The notes beneath the pieces were generated by a model that did no database searches, was not told the origin of the DNA, and saw only the letters and a program-made list of their open reading frames with translations. Shown here piece after piece: positions 43,278 through 59,500 of a stretch of DNA of 64,000 bases (positions are counted from its first letter, which is position 1; each line of letters opens with the position of its first letter). Origin of the DNA: Chrysomallon squamiferum (Eukaryota; Animalia; Mollusca); the NCBI GenBank assembly GCA_012295275.1, contig CM022679.1:5394001-5458000 (forward strand). Reading direction: 5' to 3'. The translations under genes and the position numbers were made by a program.

Positions 43278-44618
43278 TATAGACAGATATATAGATAGAT
43301 GGACAGACAGACAGACAGAGAGACAGGCAGGCAAGCATGTAGGTAGGTAGATGGAATGTTAGACTGTTAGACAGAAAAATAAAATGATTGATAGATTGAC
43401 AAACAGAAAGATAGATAGATATACAGAAAGACAGTCAGACAGATAAATTGGTTGTTAAAGAGTGAGAAACACAAAGAGATTGAAATTTGCAGAGAAAAAG
43501 AAAAGTACACAAAACAACAAACGTCATCAGTCCCTGCTTTGATCCATTGCATGCAGCAAACAAATTTATTATCTCACAAACATTTAGATTATGACTCTGT
43601 TGTCTGGCTTACGTCTCTGATAAAGTCGTAAAGACTTACTTCTAACAAATGTCACTTTTACTGTGTGCACAAAGACACGATAGTTTGCGTGAGGTAAGTA
43701 TATAGAGTCAAACAAGAATTTAATTATTGTGTGCATCTGTCACAGTCAGATATGTTTCTTTCTTAAGAAAGTCAATTTATATATGTATTAACACTTACAG
43801 ATATTCTTACATGCACGCACACACACACACACACACACAGATATATATATATACACACACGTGACAGAGATAGACAGACATACAGACAAACCCACGCGCG
43901 GATACTAACACCGATAAAACAATTTCAAGACACCTCGAGGACAAACGTCAAACAGCCTAGATGTTTCATTTACAGGAACATTTTTCAGTAAAGGTGATAA
44001 TAAAATAATTTTACAAAATTAAGCTAAATACTTATAAACAGTTTTGCAATTGATACTGTAAAAGACCAAAACAATTTTTTTTTTTTTTTTTTCGTAATTA
44101 AAGTCAAACTTTGTCGGCTTCAGTTACTGTTAACATTAGCGTTAGACTCTTAAAGCTTCACAGATCCATAATATAGAGCAAATCCATCTTCTCCACCTTA
44201 TATATATATATGAAAAAGACTTCATATTGCTTCGCCAGTCAAGCACTAACCCAGAGACATATAATTTTTATTCTTCTACTGAATAAAACCCTAATGAGTT
44301 TTGTTTCAGCGTTATACAAATAAAACAAATAAATAAATCTGTGGTTTCAAGAAGGATCGAAGAGCACATCGCTGTGCTGAATAAGATCAATTAATACCAG
44401 TTCCAGTCGTCATTGTAGTTCAGACATCATTTATCTAAGAAGTGTCGTGAATGCGATTTCCTATTGTTAAGACTCTTCCAGAGTGGATGATGCATTGTTG
44501 GAGCCGCTGGCCTCTTAGTGAAGACTCTCAGACAAAAGACGTAACGTCTGTGTAGTGATTAGTCTGTGTAATTAACGATCTAAAGTGTTAATGTGCTTAG
44601 AAGTTTATTTTTCTGCGC

Positions 44619-44736
<118 letters not shown>

Positions 44737-44994
44737 GCACACACACACAGAGAGAAAAACGTGCGTGCATATATATATATATATACACACACACACATAC
44801 ACATACACACACATATATATACATACATATACATTCATACATACAAATATCTTTCTATTTTAAGCAGAAATTTGTATCTTTAACACATTAATTTACCTTA
44901 TATTTTGATATATTAACTTGAATCAGTTGTACATATAATCTATATTCAGTAGTGAAATATTAAAAAAAGAATTAAATTAGAAACAAAACCAACA

Positions 44995-45071
<77 letters not shown>

Positions 45072-45190
45072 AAAAGAGTAAGTAATATAAGCCTGAGGAA
45101 AACAAAAGCAATCAACCTTTTTATTTCATGTTAGTAAAACTATTACCAAACAAAAAACAAAATAGCGTTTTGTTTTCGGTTTTTTTATTG

Positions 45191-45240
<50 letters not shown>

Positions 45241-47779
45241 GTATTAGTATTATTGTTATTATTATTCCTGCTTGTGTCTGGGGCGGTTTATTTTGCTAAT
45301 TACTGTTTCTTTATGTCCGACAGACAATGCGTCTGTGGTTCTGTCTGTCGGTTTATTATTTGTTCTTGCTGTGTGTGTTTGTGCTTGTATCTAATAAAAA
45401 TCGTTTATTGCATTTCTCGCTAATGTCATAATTAACACCCTCCGGGCTTGTTGTACCACGTAACTACAGAGAATAAAAACTTATTTCAGTCAATAACCAG
45501 CGAAATTTGTTACTAACATACAAATAGAAATATACCCATCGCCAAAAGAAACTTTACAATAGTTTTAAATCATGAAGCAAAATGTACTGAAAAGGATAAT
45601 AATGAGACTAATAATAATGAAGTGATGTGGAGTAGAACAATCTGACGTTTAGACCACGCTGAGAATCACTCAAGTTCATAAACAAGTCAGATTCAAGTGA
45701 ATACCCCGTGCCTGTGGCTGTTGTCGATCACGATTATCAGTGACGTCACGGAGAAGTTCTGTTGCGGACATGTCTGGCGAGAATGAAGACCACATCATCA
45801 GTGAAGACAATCCTGTGCCGGTCATGTTGCTGCCAACGTTGTACAGAAAAGGCCTGCCCCAATTTAAGACGTATTCCCCAGAAAAGCTGCGGGCGAGGGT
45901 GTAACTTACATCGATTAAGTTTCAAAAAAATTTATTCAGTTTTTCAGAAATTTCAGTTTTACAATGGTAAAGTTTCTTTGGGCCGTGGGTATATTTCAAA
46001 TCACACCAAATCCACTCCTTCTTGATTAGGCTACATCTTTCCAAATCTCCCATAAAAACTGAAAATTAAAAAAAAAAAAAAAAAAAAAAAAATCTATAAC
46101 CGATGAGGCCAAGGATGATGCGTATGCCAGCAAAACATTGACATAAATAAAAAAAATATATAAGAGAAATAAAAATGATAATTGGCGCGCCATTAGTAAA
46201 TACTTTGTCATCATAAGTTAAAGTGGTGGCATTTGGTCGTCTATACAAACTGTCAGGAAGGCAGCAATGAAGTAAGAAAAGCAGCAGGGTGTTATAGCTG
46301 TGGACACAATTCAGACACATGCATGTCGAAATAATGGAGATTGATGTTGCGAATATCTTCATTAGGAACCTGCCTGTGTTTTTGTTGTATTAGACTAAAG
46401 ACAGATCGCTGATTGCTTCAGTTTGTGTTTGTTTTTTATATTGCATGCTTTACACGGATTTCCATGGGAAAAAGATAAAATCTAAAGATAAAAAAGACAC
46501 ACAGAAGAAAACGAGAAATGGAAATAAAGAAAGATGAAAAAAAAAGGACGAAAAACAAAAATAGAATGCAAGAGAAGGAAAAAAGAAAGAAAGAAAACAA
46601 GAAACTAGAAGGAATACAAAGCTGACGAAATAAAAAATGAAAATAAAATCAAATCAACGAACGAAAAATCTAATACGTATATATGCAATTATTTAAATTA
46701 TTTAAAGGCAACACCAGTTTATTAAATACATTCTGACGTTTTCAAAGCTAAATTAAAACAAAAACATCTTACAGAAAGTTTTTTTATAAGCGCCGGGCAA
46801 GACACTGTTTCTCAAAAGGGGAAACCATCGGCATTTTCTAAAATCAGTGTTAGGACATGACCGCTGGCATTCGTCAGCTCGGAGCTAAAACATAGTCACT
46901 GATCATTAGTCGTCGAACTAGACCCAATCTCCCACGCTTCCTATTAAATCGACTGATACACTGACAAGCCGCTGCTTTGGGCATAAAGGATTCTCTTAAG
47001 ACAAACAGTCATGGATTGTGCCTGCGAATTTAATCTAGTTCTTGTTATACTGAAATACAGCCACATAACTAACTGGGACTACTGCTTGTCCTCGCAAATC
47101 TCACGTCTGCGGTTTTGGTGGATAAAGAGAACTTTGGACGTTATGGGATACTTGTTTGACGACATCTTTGTTTACGGCTTCATCAAAAGCCATTAAACGT
47201 GCCACTGTCGTGCCAAGTGACTCGTGGGTTTATACGAAAGGAGGGATATAAAGTAGAAAAACGACCGATTAAAGCAAAAATATTCTAATCTACGTTTTTA
47301 TAAAACTTGGAAATGGAGCTGATAGATACCCTTACGGAAAATTTAATCAAAGAATGGTTTCTCTGATCAAGACGGTGATAACGTTTGTGTAATTTCCAGC
47401 ATACTAAATCCAGTGTAACCACCATTTCACATGATAAGACTATGAGATTCACTCGCTGGAATAACATTCTGTCTGGAAAGATGTTTGAACAATTTACCAC
47501 TGTAGAGAGATGCTACCATTCTAGAAAGTGTTAAATGAGTATCTCATTCTCTCTTTCAATTACAACACTTTTCCAGTTATTTGTTCACGTTATAAGCTGA
47601 TAAATGAAGGCAGATTCTAGCTGCGGTTCTGAGACAGCCCGGTGCGAAAATCTCACAGCCATTTACTTATTGATTAGGATTGCTTTTGTCTCCTCAGACG
47701 AGTAATCCTTGATTTCTTTTACCAGTTTGTGAGACTCCTACTTAATACTGCAAATCTCAATAGAGGTTATGAATTGCAG

Positions 47780-48020
47780 CTTATTCAGTCTCGATAATAC
47801 AAAATGTACAGTCCTTTAAAGAGCGCAAAATTCTATAGATATTTTTTAGTTTTGCCAAATAATATCCTTAAGCAATATGTTTAGTCTCGATAAAGAAAAT
47901 ATTAGTGTCGATAAACAGCGTTGTCAGTGTCTACAAATTTTAGTATTATTTAATCTTTGTTGAAACTATTAGTCTCGATAAATCATAATATTAGTATCTA
48001 TAAACAAAATTCTTAGATCT

Positions 48021-48117
<97 letters not shown>

Positions 48118-48245
48118 ATATCCAATATTAGCTGTCTTAATATTCGATATTAGTCTCTACAGATTATAATGTGTCTTGATAAATAATATTAGTCTCGATA
48201 TACCATGCTGATCTAAATGGACGTTATTAGTCTCGATACAGAAAT
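47780..48245. repeat. Degenerate short-period minisatellite interrupted by a (GA)n tract
   Basis: Recurring ATATTAGTCTCGATAAA on both sides of the 48023-48112 GA run. Confidence 0.7.
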
Positions 48246-49800
48246 ATCTTAATGCAACCGACTGTGGCCGACTTCTGAATCGTTCGCGTTTCCGAGCATT
48301 AAGTACAGTTAATAACGTCGGCGTCATCGTTAAAGGTTGTTCCGTTAACAAGATATGTTTACACTTTCCATGTTTGTCTCGCTCACCAACTCAATTAGAC
48401 ATTTTTGTTGGTCTTAGCACAACATGAATTAACGCTCCATCATCGAATTACGGTGTAATTTTGTACTTCACTGGGTAGAGGTTTCGTTTACTTCGGTGTT
48501 GCCCTTTTAATAACGTGTATTAATAATGATTATTACACGTATTGGAGCTGATGAATAAGGTCATACAAAGTGCATGCTAAAGTTATGTTGCATCATCAGC
48601 TGAACGTCAAAGCGAATTACAAACACATTAGTAATAATTAATATTGATATTAATAAGCATAATGATCCTTTCGAATAAATAAATGCTAGGTCAAATGTTG
48701 TTGTTTGGTTTTTAATTTGTTATTGAGTTTCATCTCTTTGTTATTGACATTTTATGTATTCAGTAAAAATGTCACGGTCAAATGCTAAACTTCATTTCAG
48801 ATTTCCCCTGCCTCTCGTTTTCTCTCTATTTCTGTTTTTCTAATTTTCATATTTTGTCAGATTATACTACGATTCTCTTGTAGTACCTATCCTCATTAAT
48901 TCTGTATTTTGTTATCTCTATATTCCTATCCATCTGTCTCTCTCACTCCCTCCATCCCTTCCTTTTTCTCTCTTTTTCTCAGTCGTTCACCATCTGTCGC
49001 TTTCTCTTTCTGTTTCTCTCTATCTTCAAGTGACTTACGTTTTTAATTTATCTTTGCTGTTTCTCTTTCTCAATCTCTCTCTAATGGTCTCATTTTTTTT
49101 TTTTTTCATTCATTGTCTTTACCTCACTGAGAAATAACAGTATTTTTCATGTATAAATCTGAAGACATCTGTTATGTTAATTCTAAGAATGCGCCTTGGG
49201 CAATTCATTATAAGAATGTTACCATTAAATCATATATAAGAAAATACCTTAAGAACTTCGTTACAATGTACAGGCTTTCAACTGGATAACAACTACAAAT
49301 TACTTCATCAAAATACAATAATTATATTTCAATTTTACCACGTATTTTACAACGAGAATGCGAGTTATGCATTTAACTGAAATATATACATGAATATAAA
49401 AATAATATAATTTACCCACAGGAAATCCATGTCTAAAATCTATTAATTTTATTGAAGGATAACACGCGTAAATCAAATCTGTGAAACAGTTGTTTGAACA
49501 GAAGAAGCTATTAATGGAGAAATCGTTTTATTAAGTAAAATGTCAGAAAAATGTCAGCGTATACATGATAATCAGACAAATATCCGTTGATCCGTTACAC
49601 AAAAATGAATTTATATATATTTTTCTGTATGTATGTACATATGTATGTAAATATGTACGTATGTATGATGTATTATATGTATGTATGTACGTATATAATT
49701 CTGTTTGTGTGTATTTTTGTGTGCATGTTTGTATATGCCTGTGTGTAATTACATAGATAGAGAGATAAATAGAAAGGTAGAGAGAGATAGATAGATAGAT

Positions 49801-49865
<65 letters not shown>

Positions 49866-50668
49866 TATACACACATACATGCATACATACATACATACAC
49901 ACATATATAGAAAGACAGACAGACAGACAGACAGTCAGACAGACAAACAGACAGATAGATGGTTTTAGCTAAAAAAAAAATACAGAGTTCCTCCACGCAT
50001 GGCAGATCGTCAAACCTTTCATAACTGCACGACGCCTCTGTCAAATTATATTTTCTAGAACCTTTGTAGAAAAAAACCCACAAATTTCATCTGGGATGTC
50101 GTGTTTAATTGAACTCTCCATTGCCCTTAATGAGAAATTAAACACATTTTACTTGAAGTCAACCGAGCTATCTGCAGTAAGACTTTCACTTAGCTGCACA
50201 TTTGTTATTGCAGGCGATATTGGCTTGTCTCTTTCTTCGCGTTGCGATTTCTAATCCAGAGTTACGCATAAGATCCACTTGAAACCTGTTAGCTGTATGA
50301 TGGATGGCCCCAGGGTCATTAGTTCTGTCGCTGTGCCTTGCGGTCGTGTACCGTTATTTCCTGAATCCAGAGGCAGAGTTGATTGTATAATAGAATCGGT
50401 ATAATAGTGTCGGTATATTATTAAAGTTTGGTCGATTTAAATTCTTCACTGGTTTAGTTACGGTCATTAGTGAGTCCAGTTAATATACATTTATATATTC
50501 TTTTATATTAGACACACCATTCAGACAACATAAAAACAGAATTTGGACTGCTTTGCAGACACTAAAATGTGGATCTATAGAGAATTTTAACCAGTGATAA
50601 TAAAAGCGTCACTGCATACAACAAGAACAACAATAATAATACTAAAAATAATAATAACTAGCAATAAC

Positions 50669-50735
<67 letters not shown>

Positions 50736-53700
50736 GACATCATAATAATGACCATAAATGGTTATGATGATATAATAATTTTAATTATTTTGATGTTATT
50801 GTTGTTGTTTTTGTTTTGTGTTGCTGTTTGAGTTGTGTGTTTTTTTCGGGGGGGTTGTGTTTTTTTTTTTATTGGGTTTTTTTTGTTGTTGTTCGTTTTT
50901 TTGTGGGGGTTTTTTTTGGGGGGGAGGGTTTGTGTGGTGTTTATTTTTAATCAGTATGTTCTTTTATAAATCCGGTTAAAAGTGAAAATGGTTTGGTTCA
51001 GAAATAACATTTTATCTGTAAATTAATTACTGACAACCAAAACACATAACTAACGCATAACAACGAAACGAAACTTAATCATGTTAGGTACCGAGTGTGT
51101 TAAGATTTCCGTTCCGAAAATGAGCTTTACGAGTAGTGCGGTAATTGGCAGAAATTACCGTCCCTGAAGCCTCTAGGAATATTTCATCGGAACACGGCAG
51201 TGATTTTATCGGACATTCGCGATGGTCAGCAGTTTAAGATGAATTAGTAACAGGACCATTTTGAATGTCCACTGGTGTTCACATAATTAGCTAGTTCTTA
51301 AAGACGTGTTGCATCTCCGCGATTGATTTTTCACGCCTTCCAGGTCGGTCGTTTGCGGTTCTTTGCGCGTTTAATTTCTCCTTCTTCCTACACTTCTCGC
51401 CCTCCAACTTGACGTGTCCTGGTATACGATGACAGTTAAATTCTCAGTTTCAGGGGATTTTCTCTGTTTTCTTTTTTTATACAAGAAGATGCAGAATAAA
51501 AGTTAAAGAAGAAGTAGATGATGATGAAGATGAACACGTTGATGATGAGGATGATGATGATAACGATGATGGTATTGGAGACGAAATATGAAATAATAGT
51601 GTTAAAGGAGATTAATGATGAAGATGATGATAAAAGAAGCTGTTGCAGTAGGAGAAGCCAGCAGAATAATAATAGTTGTGGTAACTGAAGCAGTGGTAGC
51701 AGTAGTTGTAGTGGTGAAAGTGGAAAGAAAAGAAAAGATGTCAAGAAAATACACCATCTAATTAATGAAATAAATAAGCATTTTAAATTAAATATCATCG
51801 ATCGTAAGTCGCTTTCAGTTTGCCTGGAACAGATAAAGCATCAAAAGTCAATCGTAGAGTTAATTCTATCCAGAAAGACATTGCACTGTGAACAAGCGAA
51901 ATAAATACATCATTAGATGAGTTCCCTAACATCTTTTTGTTCTGAATGACGTAATCCGATAGCGACTGATGGTGTGAAAATGCATAAAAATACACATTAA
52001 AGTATAGCATATCTTCATTATACACATGTCTTATCGAATTTTGGAAACAACTGCAAGCAACATGCGTGTCAAGGTCAGCGTATTCTCACGCTATTGACAA
52101 TAGAATCAAGTTAGTGTGTGATTTTATTTATCTCAGTTGTCTTGTGATGGATATTTTACGTTTATTAGGATATACGAGAAAATGATTAAAACAATTACTT
52201 TTGTTTTTTAATTAAAAGAAATGTTTGGGGGAGGTTTTTTTAATTTTTTGTTGTTGTTTGTCTGTTTTTTTTTTTTTTTTTTTTTTGCTGTATCTTTCAT
52301 TATATCAAAAAATCAATAATAATAAAAATTAATTAATGAATAAAATAAATGAATTAAATAAAACAGTCCCATGATAACAAAAAAATAGAAATATTCCGAA
52401 TCATCAGTTATTTAATCACATTTGTTCTCTTTTATATATTCTCTCAGTCTGAAGTTTCTTCAGTATACTTCTGTTTCCCCATCCAAAAAAAAAAAAAAAT
52501 AATGTAATACTGGCATCATATTCATTAATTATTCTAGATTAATACAATTTCCCACCTGACATTTCAAGTAGTCCCAGATCTGTAACAAATCACGTGTGTA
52601 ACCTAACCCAGTTACCTTGTCTGGTGGTAAAACGAAGGAAAGAACTTCATCCAGTAATTTGTCTTTTGTGCTAAAATCCATTAGAAGCTACTTATAGTCT
52701 TGTCCGATACAAAGCCGCCTTGGTCATCAGTGAAGAGAGATGTAACGAGTTTCTACAATACATTCTTCACACAGCCCGATACACTGGACATAAAGTTAGC
52801 GCGTCTTCCTCGACACCATAATTGTGCATTTCTCCGGGGTCTTTGGGCTGGTAGAAATGGAAACGTATTTCACATATCTTATTAACACAAGTGGAAAATT
52901 GTTTCCCATGTCTTATTCGCTGCATTCATTTCCATTGTCCGGTGATCATGTCCAAGTGTCCGGGATAATCAACGAAATGATTCTTTTTTTTAATGACAAT
53001 ACTATGAAACACGCAAAGTTTGTAAAGATAATTTTTTTTTTTTTTTGTATCGTTCTTCCTTAATACTTTACATCAGAACAGCTTATGATCGGAGTACTAC
53101 TAGTTATGTGGTTAGTATCCGCGTACACACTTGGGGATATCTGTGAAATAATGATAATCAAATTGTAACAAAAGAAGTGAATACTATGAACCCAGAGGAC
53201 GCTAAAAATAGGAAGTAGAGAAGTTAATGTTGACTAAAATAGCTGTGATTGTTTGTAAAAGGAAATGATTCTGAATATAAAAGTTTTGCTTCGATGATTT
53301 TAACAGATTTATAAATACAACCTTACATGTATGCATGCAGTCAAATACACACACATACATACATATTCATACATACATACATACATGCATACATACATAC
53401 ATACATATATACATGCATATATACATACATACATACATAAATGACAAACAATAAACATAAAAATATAAAAAATATCAGATACACAAATATACACACACAG
53501 AAACTAAATTAACTCGAAAAGAATCGATATAAATAACAACCCCTAAACAAAAGTAAAAAGGACAAAAACGCGAAGGAATCAGAAATAATCAGTTGCTAAA
53601 TTCGTTCTGTCAGACCAAATCGTTATTCCAGACTCCATTGTCTTCGTTTTGACTCGCTGTCTCGAGGGAATCTTAGTCAAAGAAGGGGTAGCACGCACCA

Positions 53701-55569
53701 ATTAATTTCTACGAAAACACTGCCCATTATAGTGGACTATGTTTACAACACTTTCACAGTCTGGCCTAAGGTTTAAATTATATTATGCTAGGCAGTCTCC
53801 GCATGTTTTGTTGTCAATTCCTAAGTGAGCAGTGGCTTGGTGATTAAGATGAAGGCTTCAGATCTAACTGGTCAATCCTTTATGAAGAGCTGTTTCTGTA
53901 GCTGGTATACTGGGGATTGTTTGGTTGAGGTATATTCTATGAGGGTCGATGGGTGGGTGCGTGTTGAAGATCTCTTGCTGTTGATAAAAAGTATTCTAGT
54001 GCGAAGGAATTTCATTCTTCGGTATTATACAAATATCTTATGTTGAAAACCTAATAACCCATGTTATTTAAATGCATTGAAATACGTGTAAATATATATT
54101 CTTTAGTCACTTATCATTATTTATGCATCATGATTGGCATTTAAATAGTTCATTCTTAAATCTTAACACACTAAACAATATTTGATGTAAAAGTCGATTC
54201 ATCCAAAACTCTCTAATTTATAAATGCTGACAAAGAGACACACAGACACATTACATACATACAGAGAGAGAGAGAGAGGTTAAATGACAGAGTAACTGAG
54301 AGTGGAGCAAAGGAAAACAGAGAAAAAGAGAAAGTGACAGAAGTAATCGATCACGTTTAGTTATAAAACCATTTTTTTTATTAATTTTCGTTAAAAAAGA
54401 AAAAAAAAAAGGTTTTCATCACTGGATTTTTCTAAAGATATGCTAATGAGCGAAATCTGTCAAAGAAAAATAAAGGAAGAACAATTTGCCTGCGCAGAGA
54501 ACGCACGCCCCAGGTCTAACAATTTGTAACAACCTTGGCTTTGCAACATCCATGCTTGTAAATTTCTTAATAAACATATGTTTTTTAAATGGATTTGTGC
54601 CTAAGGTGCTACAGAACCTAATCACGTTTTGGGGGATCGTCCACTTATTTCTGCTATTCATTATTTGACAGAGACATTGCCTTTCATCATCTTCTTCGTC
54701 TTGTTCGTCTTGCTTATGTTTTTGTTTTTCATTTTTCTGGTGTTTTTAGTTTTTACGTAGAATTTGATAGTTGTTTTAAATCAGAGATGAGTAGCAGGAT
54801 TTTCAATATTTTTATTTTTACTATTCATTATTAATGACTATGAATATTTCACATGATTAAACATGATTGTGTGTATAATCTTGGATATTACCAAATTAAC
54901 AGGACCATATGAAACGTCTAGAGAATAGTATTTTGAAAGTGCTCCTCAAGAATGTCCTTCGAAATTTTCATAAATATTCATGTTTATGGGTGATTATCCA
55001 ATAGCTATTAATATTACGATCTCTGGGGAAATCAGAATGACAAGTTTTCCTTTTTCAATTTCATCTTTCGAAAATCTCTCATTTTTATCCGATGAAAGGA
55101 CGAAAGAATGAAGAGAAAAGAAGGAATGAAAGACGAGCAACGAAAGGAGAAAAATAAATAAGGAAAGAAAAGAAATGAAGGAAAGAAGAAAAAAATATGA
55201 ATATATTAAACTGCTTCAACAACCTAAATATAAAATAAAATATATAATTATATGAGTATTAATTAATGTAATTCTGCTATTTATCTCTAAAACGATTTTT
55301 TTATAAAATACACTGCAGTTATGGAGTGACAGTACTAAACCAGACAGGTAATACATATTTAATTTCATTTTAAAAAACCTCCCGGCACTTATGTAAATTC
55401 ACAATTTATTTTAAATTTGAAAAGATCCTCGTAGCCTAAGACATTTCATTCCTGAAAGCCATTCCTGAAATATTCATTGGGGGCGTTAAGTTGACATTTT
55501 GTTGGGGTTTTGTTTTCTGATTTATTTTTTTAAATTGATCTCTAAGTCAACACGGTAGATCAATAAATT

Positions 55570-55624
<55 letters not shown>

Positions 55625-56585
55625 GTCTCTCTCTGTCTCTCATTTTCTCTATTTCTCTTTTTCAATCTCTACATATGTAATCTGTCTAGCTTTCTGTCTT
55701 TATGCCTGTCTGTCTGTCTGTTTGCTGTGTGTGCATATGAATATATATAACGTTTATCTGCCTCCAGCATAAATGTTGTACTGAACATATTATCAGATAA
55801 AGAAACACAAAATCAATTTCTGATGCGTGTATATACATACAAACTGACAAAGAGACCGACACTTCGACACATGTAAGAATAGATAAACGCTGGATGAAAA
55901 ACTAATTCAAAATTAATTATATAAAAATAAATTAAATAGCCATTTTAATAGATTAAATATAAATAATATTAATAGTTTAATATTGTTCGTTTCTAAAATT
56001 AAGTCAGAAATCTGAAATCCTTAAATGTCATAACTCAGACTTCGAGTTTAATACGACACACAACGTGAGCAAGAGCATTTCAGAAGAAACGTCCCATTTT
56101 TAATCCAGCTCTTGTATTTATAGACATGACCAATTATTGTCACCATTTTTCGTCCAGAACCTATTTTCGGACGGCTCAGAGTAAATCAAATAAATGAGCA
56201 CTTGAAATAATATTCGACAATCTATTTAATTTTGTGTGTAAAAGCATTCGATGGCGAAACCTTTTCCTGCACACGATTTATTTTCAAAGCAGCTCCACAC
56301 TTTGTCGCGACAGTTAAAATATAGGAAATCGTTGTTTAGTTCAAACCTGCCCGAGGTAGGATGCGATTCAGATCGATTCTCACTCGGCATTTTTGTTCAT
56401 TTGTACGTGAGTGGATTATTATGTGCGTTTCTTGTTTGATATGCATGCATGAAGTGATGTATGCATCTATCCATGAATGGATGGATGGTGTATAAAAAAG
56501 TATACTGATCAATATAAATAAATTCAGTTGAAATACAGACGCAGACACAGACAGATAGACAGAGAGGGAGGGAGGGAGGGAGAGG

Positions 56586-56667
<82 letters not shown>

Positions 56668-57968
56668 GACTTATAGATAGATAGAAAGAGATACAGAATA
56701 ATAGATAGACAGATAGATAGAGACAGCGAGAGAGACAGACAAACAGAGACAGATATAAATATGGAAAGATAAAGACATAAACAGACTGATAGACTGACAT
56801 AGATACTTACAGGCAGATAGACAGATTGACAGAAGAATAGACACAGCAGAGAAGCTGGACGAAGGTCAAATGCATGAATGATGAATAGAGAGATAATGAT
56901 AGTGTCACTGACACAGATGAATACGTTTACTTTACTGTCTGATGGTTAATGTAAGAAAGTACATTCCTAAGAATCCGATTATTTTTAAATTATTTTTTTA
57001 AATTATTTTTATTCTTTTTTTATTATTTTTATTTATTTTTTTATTTTTTTATTTTTTTTTTTTTTTTTTTTATATGTTTATAACTTTACCTTGTTTACTT
57101 TTCCGAATTAGCAATTAAGTAAATCACTGGCATGTTGACATAACAGCCGTATTTATTCACGTACGACAGCGGATCACAGATTCTGCAGATCAGGTGGACT
57201 GTGAAGCATCCCAGACGCTGTGCAATCTCCACTAACAAGGCTAATTTCCTCGGATTTATTTAACACAAGGATCCATCACACAAACACACAAAAAAAAAAA
57301 AAAAAAACGCAATCATGAATTAAATTGCTTCGGATATCCACACCAAGTCATTAGCACTAGGGGCTTCGACTAATCAGTTAGTGTATGGCACTAGCACTTC
57401 GTAATTCACTTCATAATGAGTTTCGTTTTGCCACACACTTTTGACTGATGGCTGCTTAATCTGAAGTTACAAGTGGTTATCTCTGTATCGTGTACTAAAC
57501 GACAACAAAAACAACAACTCGGCATGCGAGACTCAACAGCGGAAATTACTTCAGCGACTCGCCATTAGTGGCGTGCGTTAGTCTGTGGGTTCTAGCCACC
57601 TTGCTAGATACATGTGTCTTAGTCTGTTACCACTATAACAGTTCCTGTGTTTGGATGTGTTCATTGTGTCAGTGTTAGGTGGTGGTAATTGTGGTGGTGA
57701 TAGTGATGGTGACAGTAACATTGAAGATGATAATGATGGTCTTAGTGGTAAAGGTGACAGTAACTGTGAAGGTCTTAATGAAGATAATAGTCGTGGTGAT
57801 AGTAAAGGTGATGGCAAAAATGTTGATTTCCTTATGTTAACAATTCATTATCTTTCATATACAATAATTCAGTTTGTATCAACTTAAATTTTACTTTGTA
57901 ATTCGAAATTAAATATATTCATATATATCGAGTTATATATGTATAAATATTGTATGCATGTATGCATG

Positions 57969-58028
<60 letters not shown>

Positions 58029-58672
58029 GTGTCTGAGTATGCATGTATGTACGGAGGTATTACATATCTATATTTATGTGTGTATGTATGCATGTATATA
58101 CCTATATATGTTTATCACAAAATCAAAACATTTTTTAAAATAAAATAAAAGTGTTTTATTGCTACTAATTATTGTATTCCAGCTCCAACAGTCAGTTACA
58201 TTCCCGTTGCACATTGAAAACTGGCAACAAATAAAATGTGTAACGTAACCAAATTATACATAACTCAAAGAAAATAAATATGTCTGCGGCCTTTTGTGTT
58301 AATAGGAAAATGAAATTTCACTCAGATTTATCAGTTGTAACTGTGGCAGTTCGGGAATTAAAGAAGACATGAATTATGTGAAAATTTCATCTAAGACAAA
58401 GAGACAAATTAATCCTCTCAAAAACCATCCCTATTAATGTCTGAGTATGCACACTGACAGCAGCGCATACACATTTTGGGCGGTCCTGAATCTTTAATTT
58501 TGTGAGGGTCCTTCGTAAGTAGCAATGAGGTCTGGGTAGTCATGGTTATTGTCTTCTATGGCTTGTTCGGTAATAGATTTTAAGTCATATGGATTAAAAC
58601 ACCTTCTGGGGCCAGTTTGAGTTTAGGGACCCTGAAGATTAAGCTTCATTTGTTTCATAATAAATCCACGTC

Positions 58673-59000
58673 CACACACACACACACACACTCATACACA
58701 CACAAAAACACACACACACACACACACACAACACACACACACACACACACACACAAAACACAAATACACAGAAACACACACGCAAACACAAACACACACA
58801 CACAAACAGACACACACACAACACACAAACATACACACACACACACAAACACACACAGACACACACGCAACACACAAACATACACACACACAAACACATA
58901 CACACACACAAACACACACACAAACACACAAACATAAACACACACACAAACACACACACACACAAACACACACACTCATACACACAAACACACACAAAGA
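58673..59000. repeat. Imperfect (CA)n tract
   Basis: Direct inspection. Confidence 0.95.
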
Positions 59001-59401
59001 CAAATATTATGGTGAAAATTAAATAGGCAGATTAATAATAAACACAGACAGGTGAAAAGATCAGAACAATATAGTTAGCAGATGAGAACTAATCATAAAA
59101 AAGAAGAAAGACAGTCAATCAGACAAACGGGTGGGCAGAAAAATATCAATGCAGAGAGCCATAAGCATGTACATAGGTTGCAGTCACAAGAAAAGCGGTA
59201 GGCAGAGTGATCAAATCATATTCAACAAAAGGATGAGAAGACGAACAGATAATCAGACGTAGAAATAAGCATCGAAAAAGGCAGACACAGAACTGTGGAC
59301 TGAGAGAGACACAGAGAAATGTGCACTGAGGCAGGTAAACACACAAATAGATATTCAGGCAGTCAGACAGAAATAGGATCTCCGACAGGCAAACACAGAT
59401 C

Positions 59402-59500
59402 TAGGCACTGAGAGAGGCAGACACAGAAATAGGCATTGAGAGAGGCAGACACAGAAATAGGCATTGAGAGAGGCAGACACAGAAATAGGCATTGAGAGAG
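59402..59500. repeat. 28-bp minisatellite, ~3.5 near-perfect copies with decayed copies upstream
   Basis: Unit TAGGCATTGAGAGAGGCAGACACAGAAA. Confidence 0.9.

Noticed and set aside
46066-46362. 98-aa minus-strand ORF as possible signal-peptide exon of the cyclase
   Set aside because: No rGC similarity, no convincing donor, runs into a poly-T tract
57578-57887. Gly/Asp-rich and Ser/Pro-rich ORFs
   Set aside because: Degenerate GGT/GAT/AGT trinucleotide tract without exon signals
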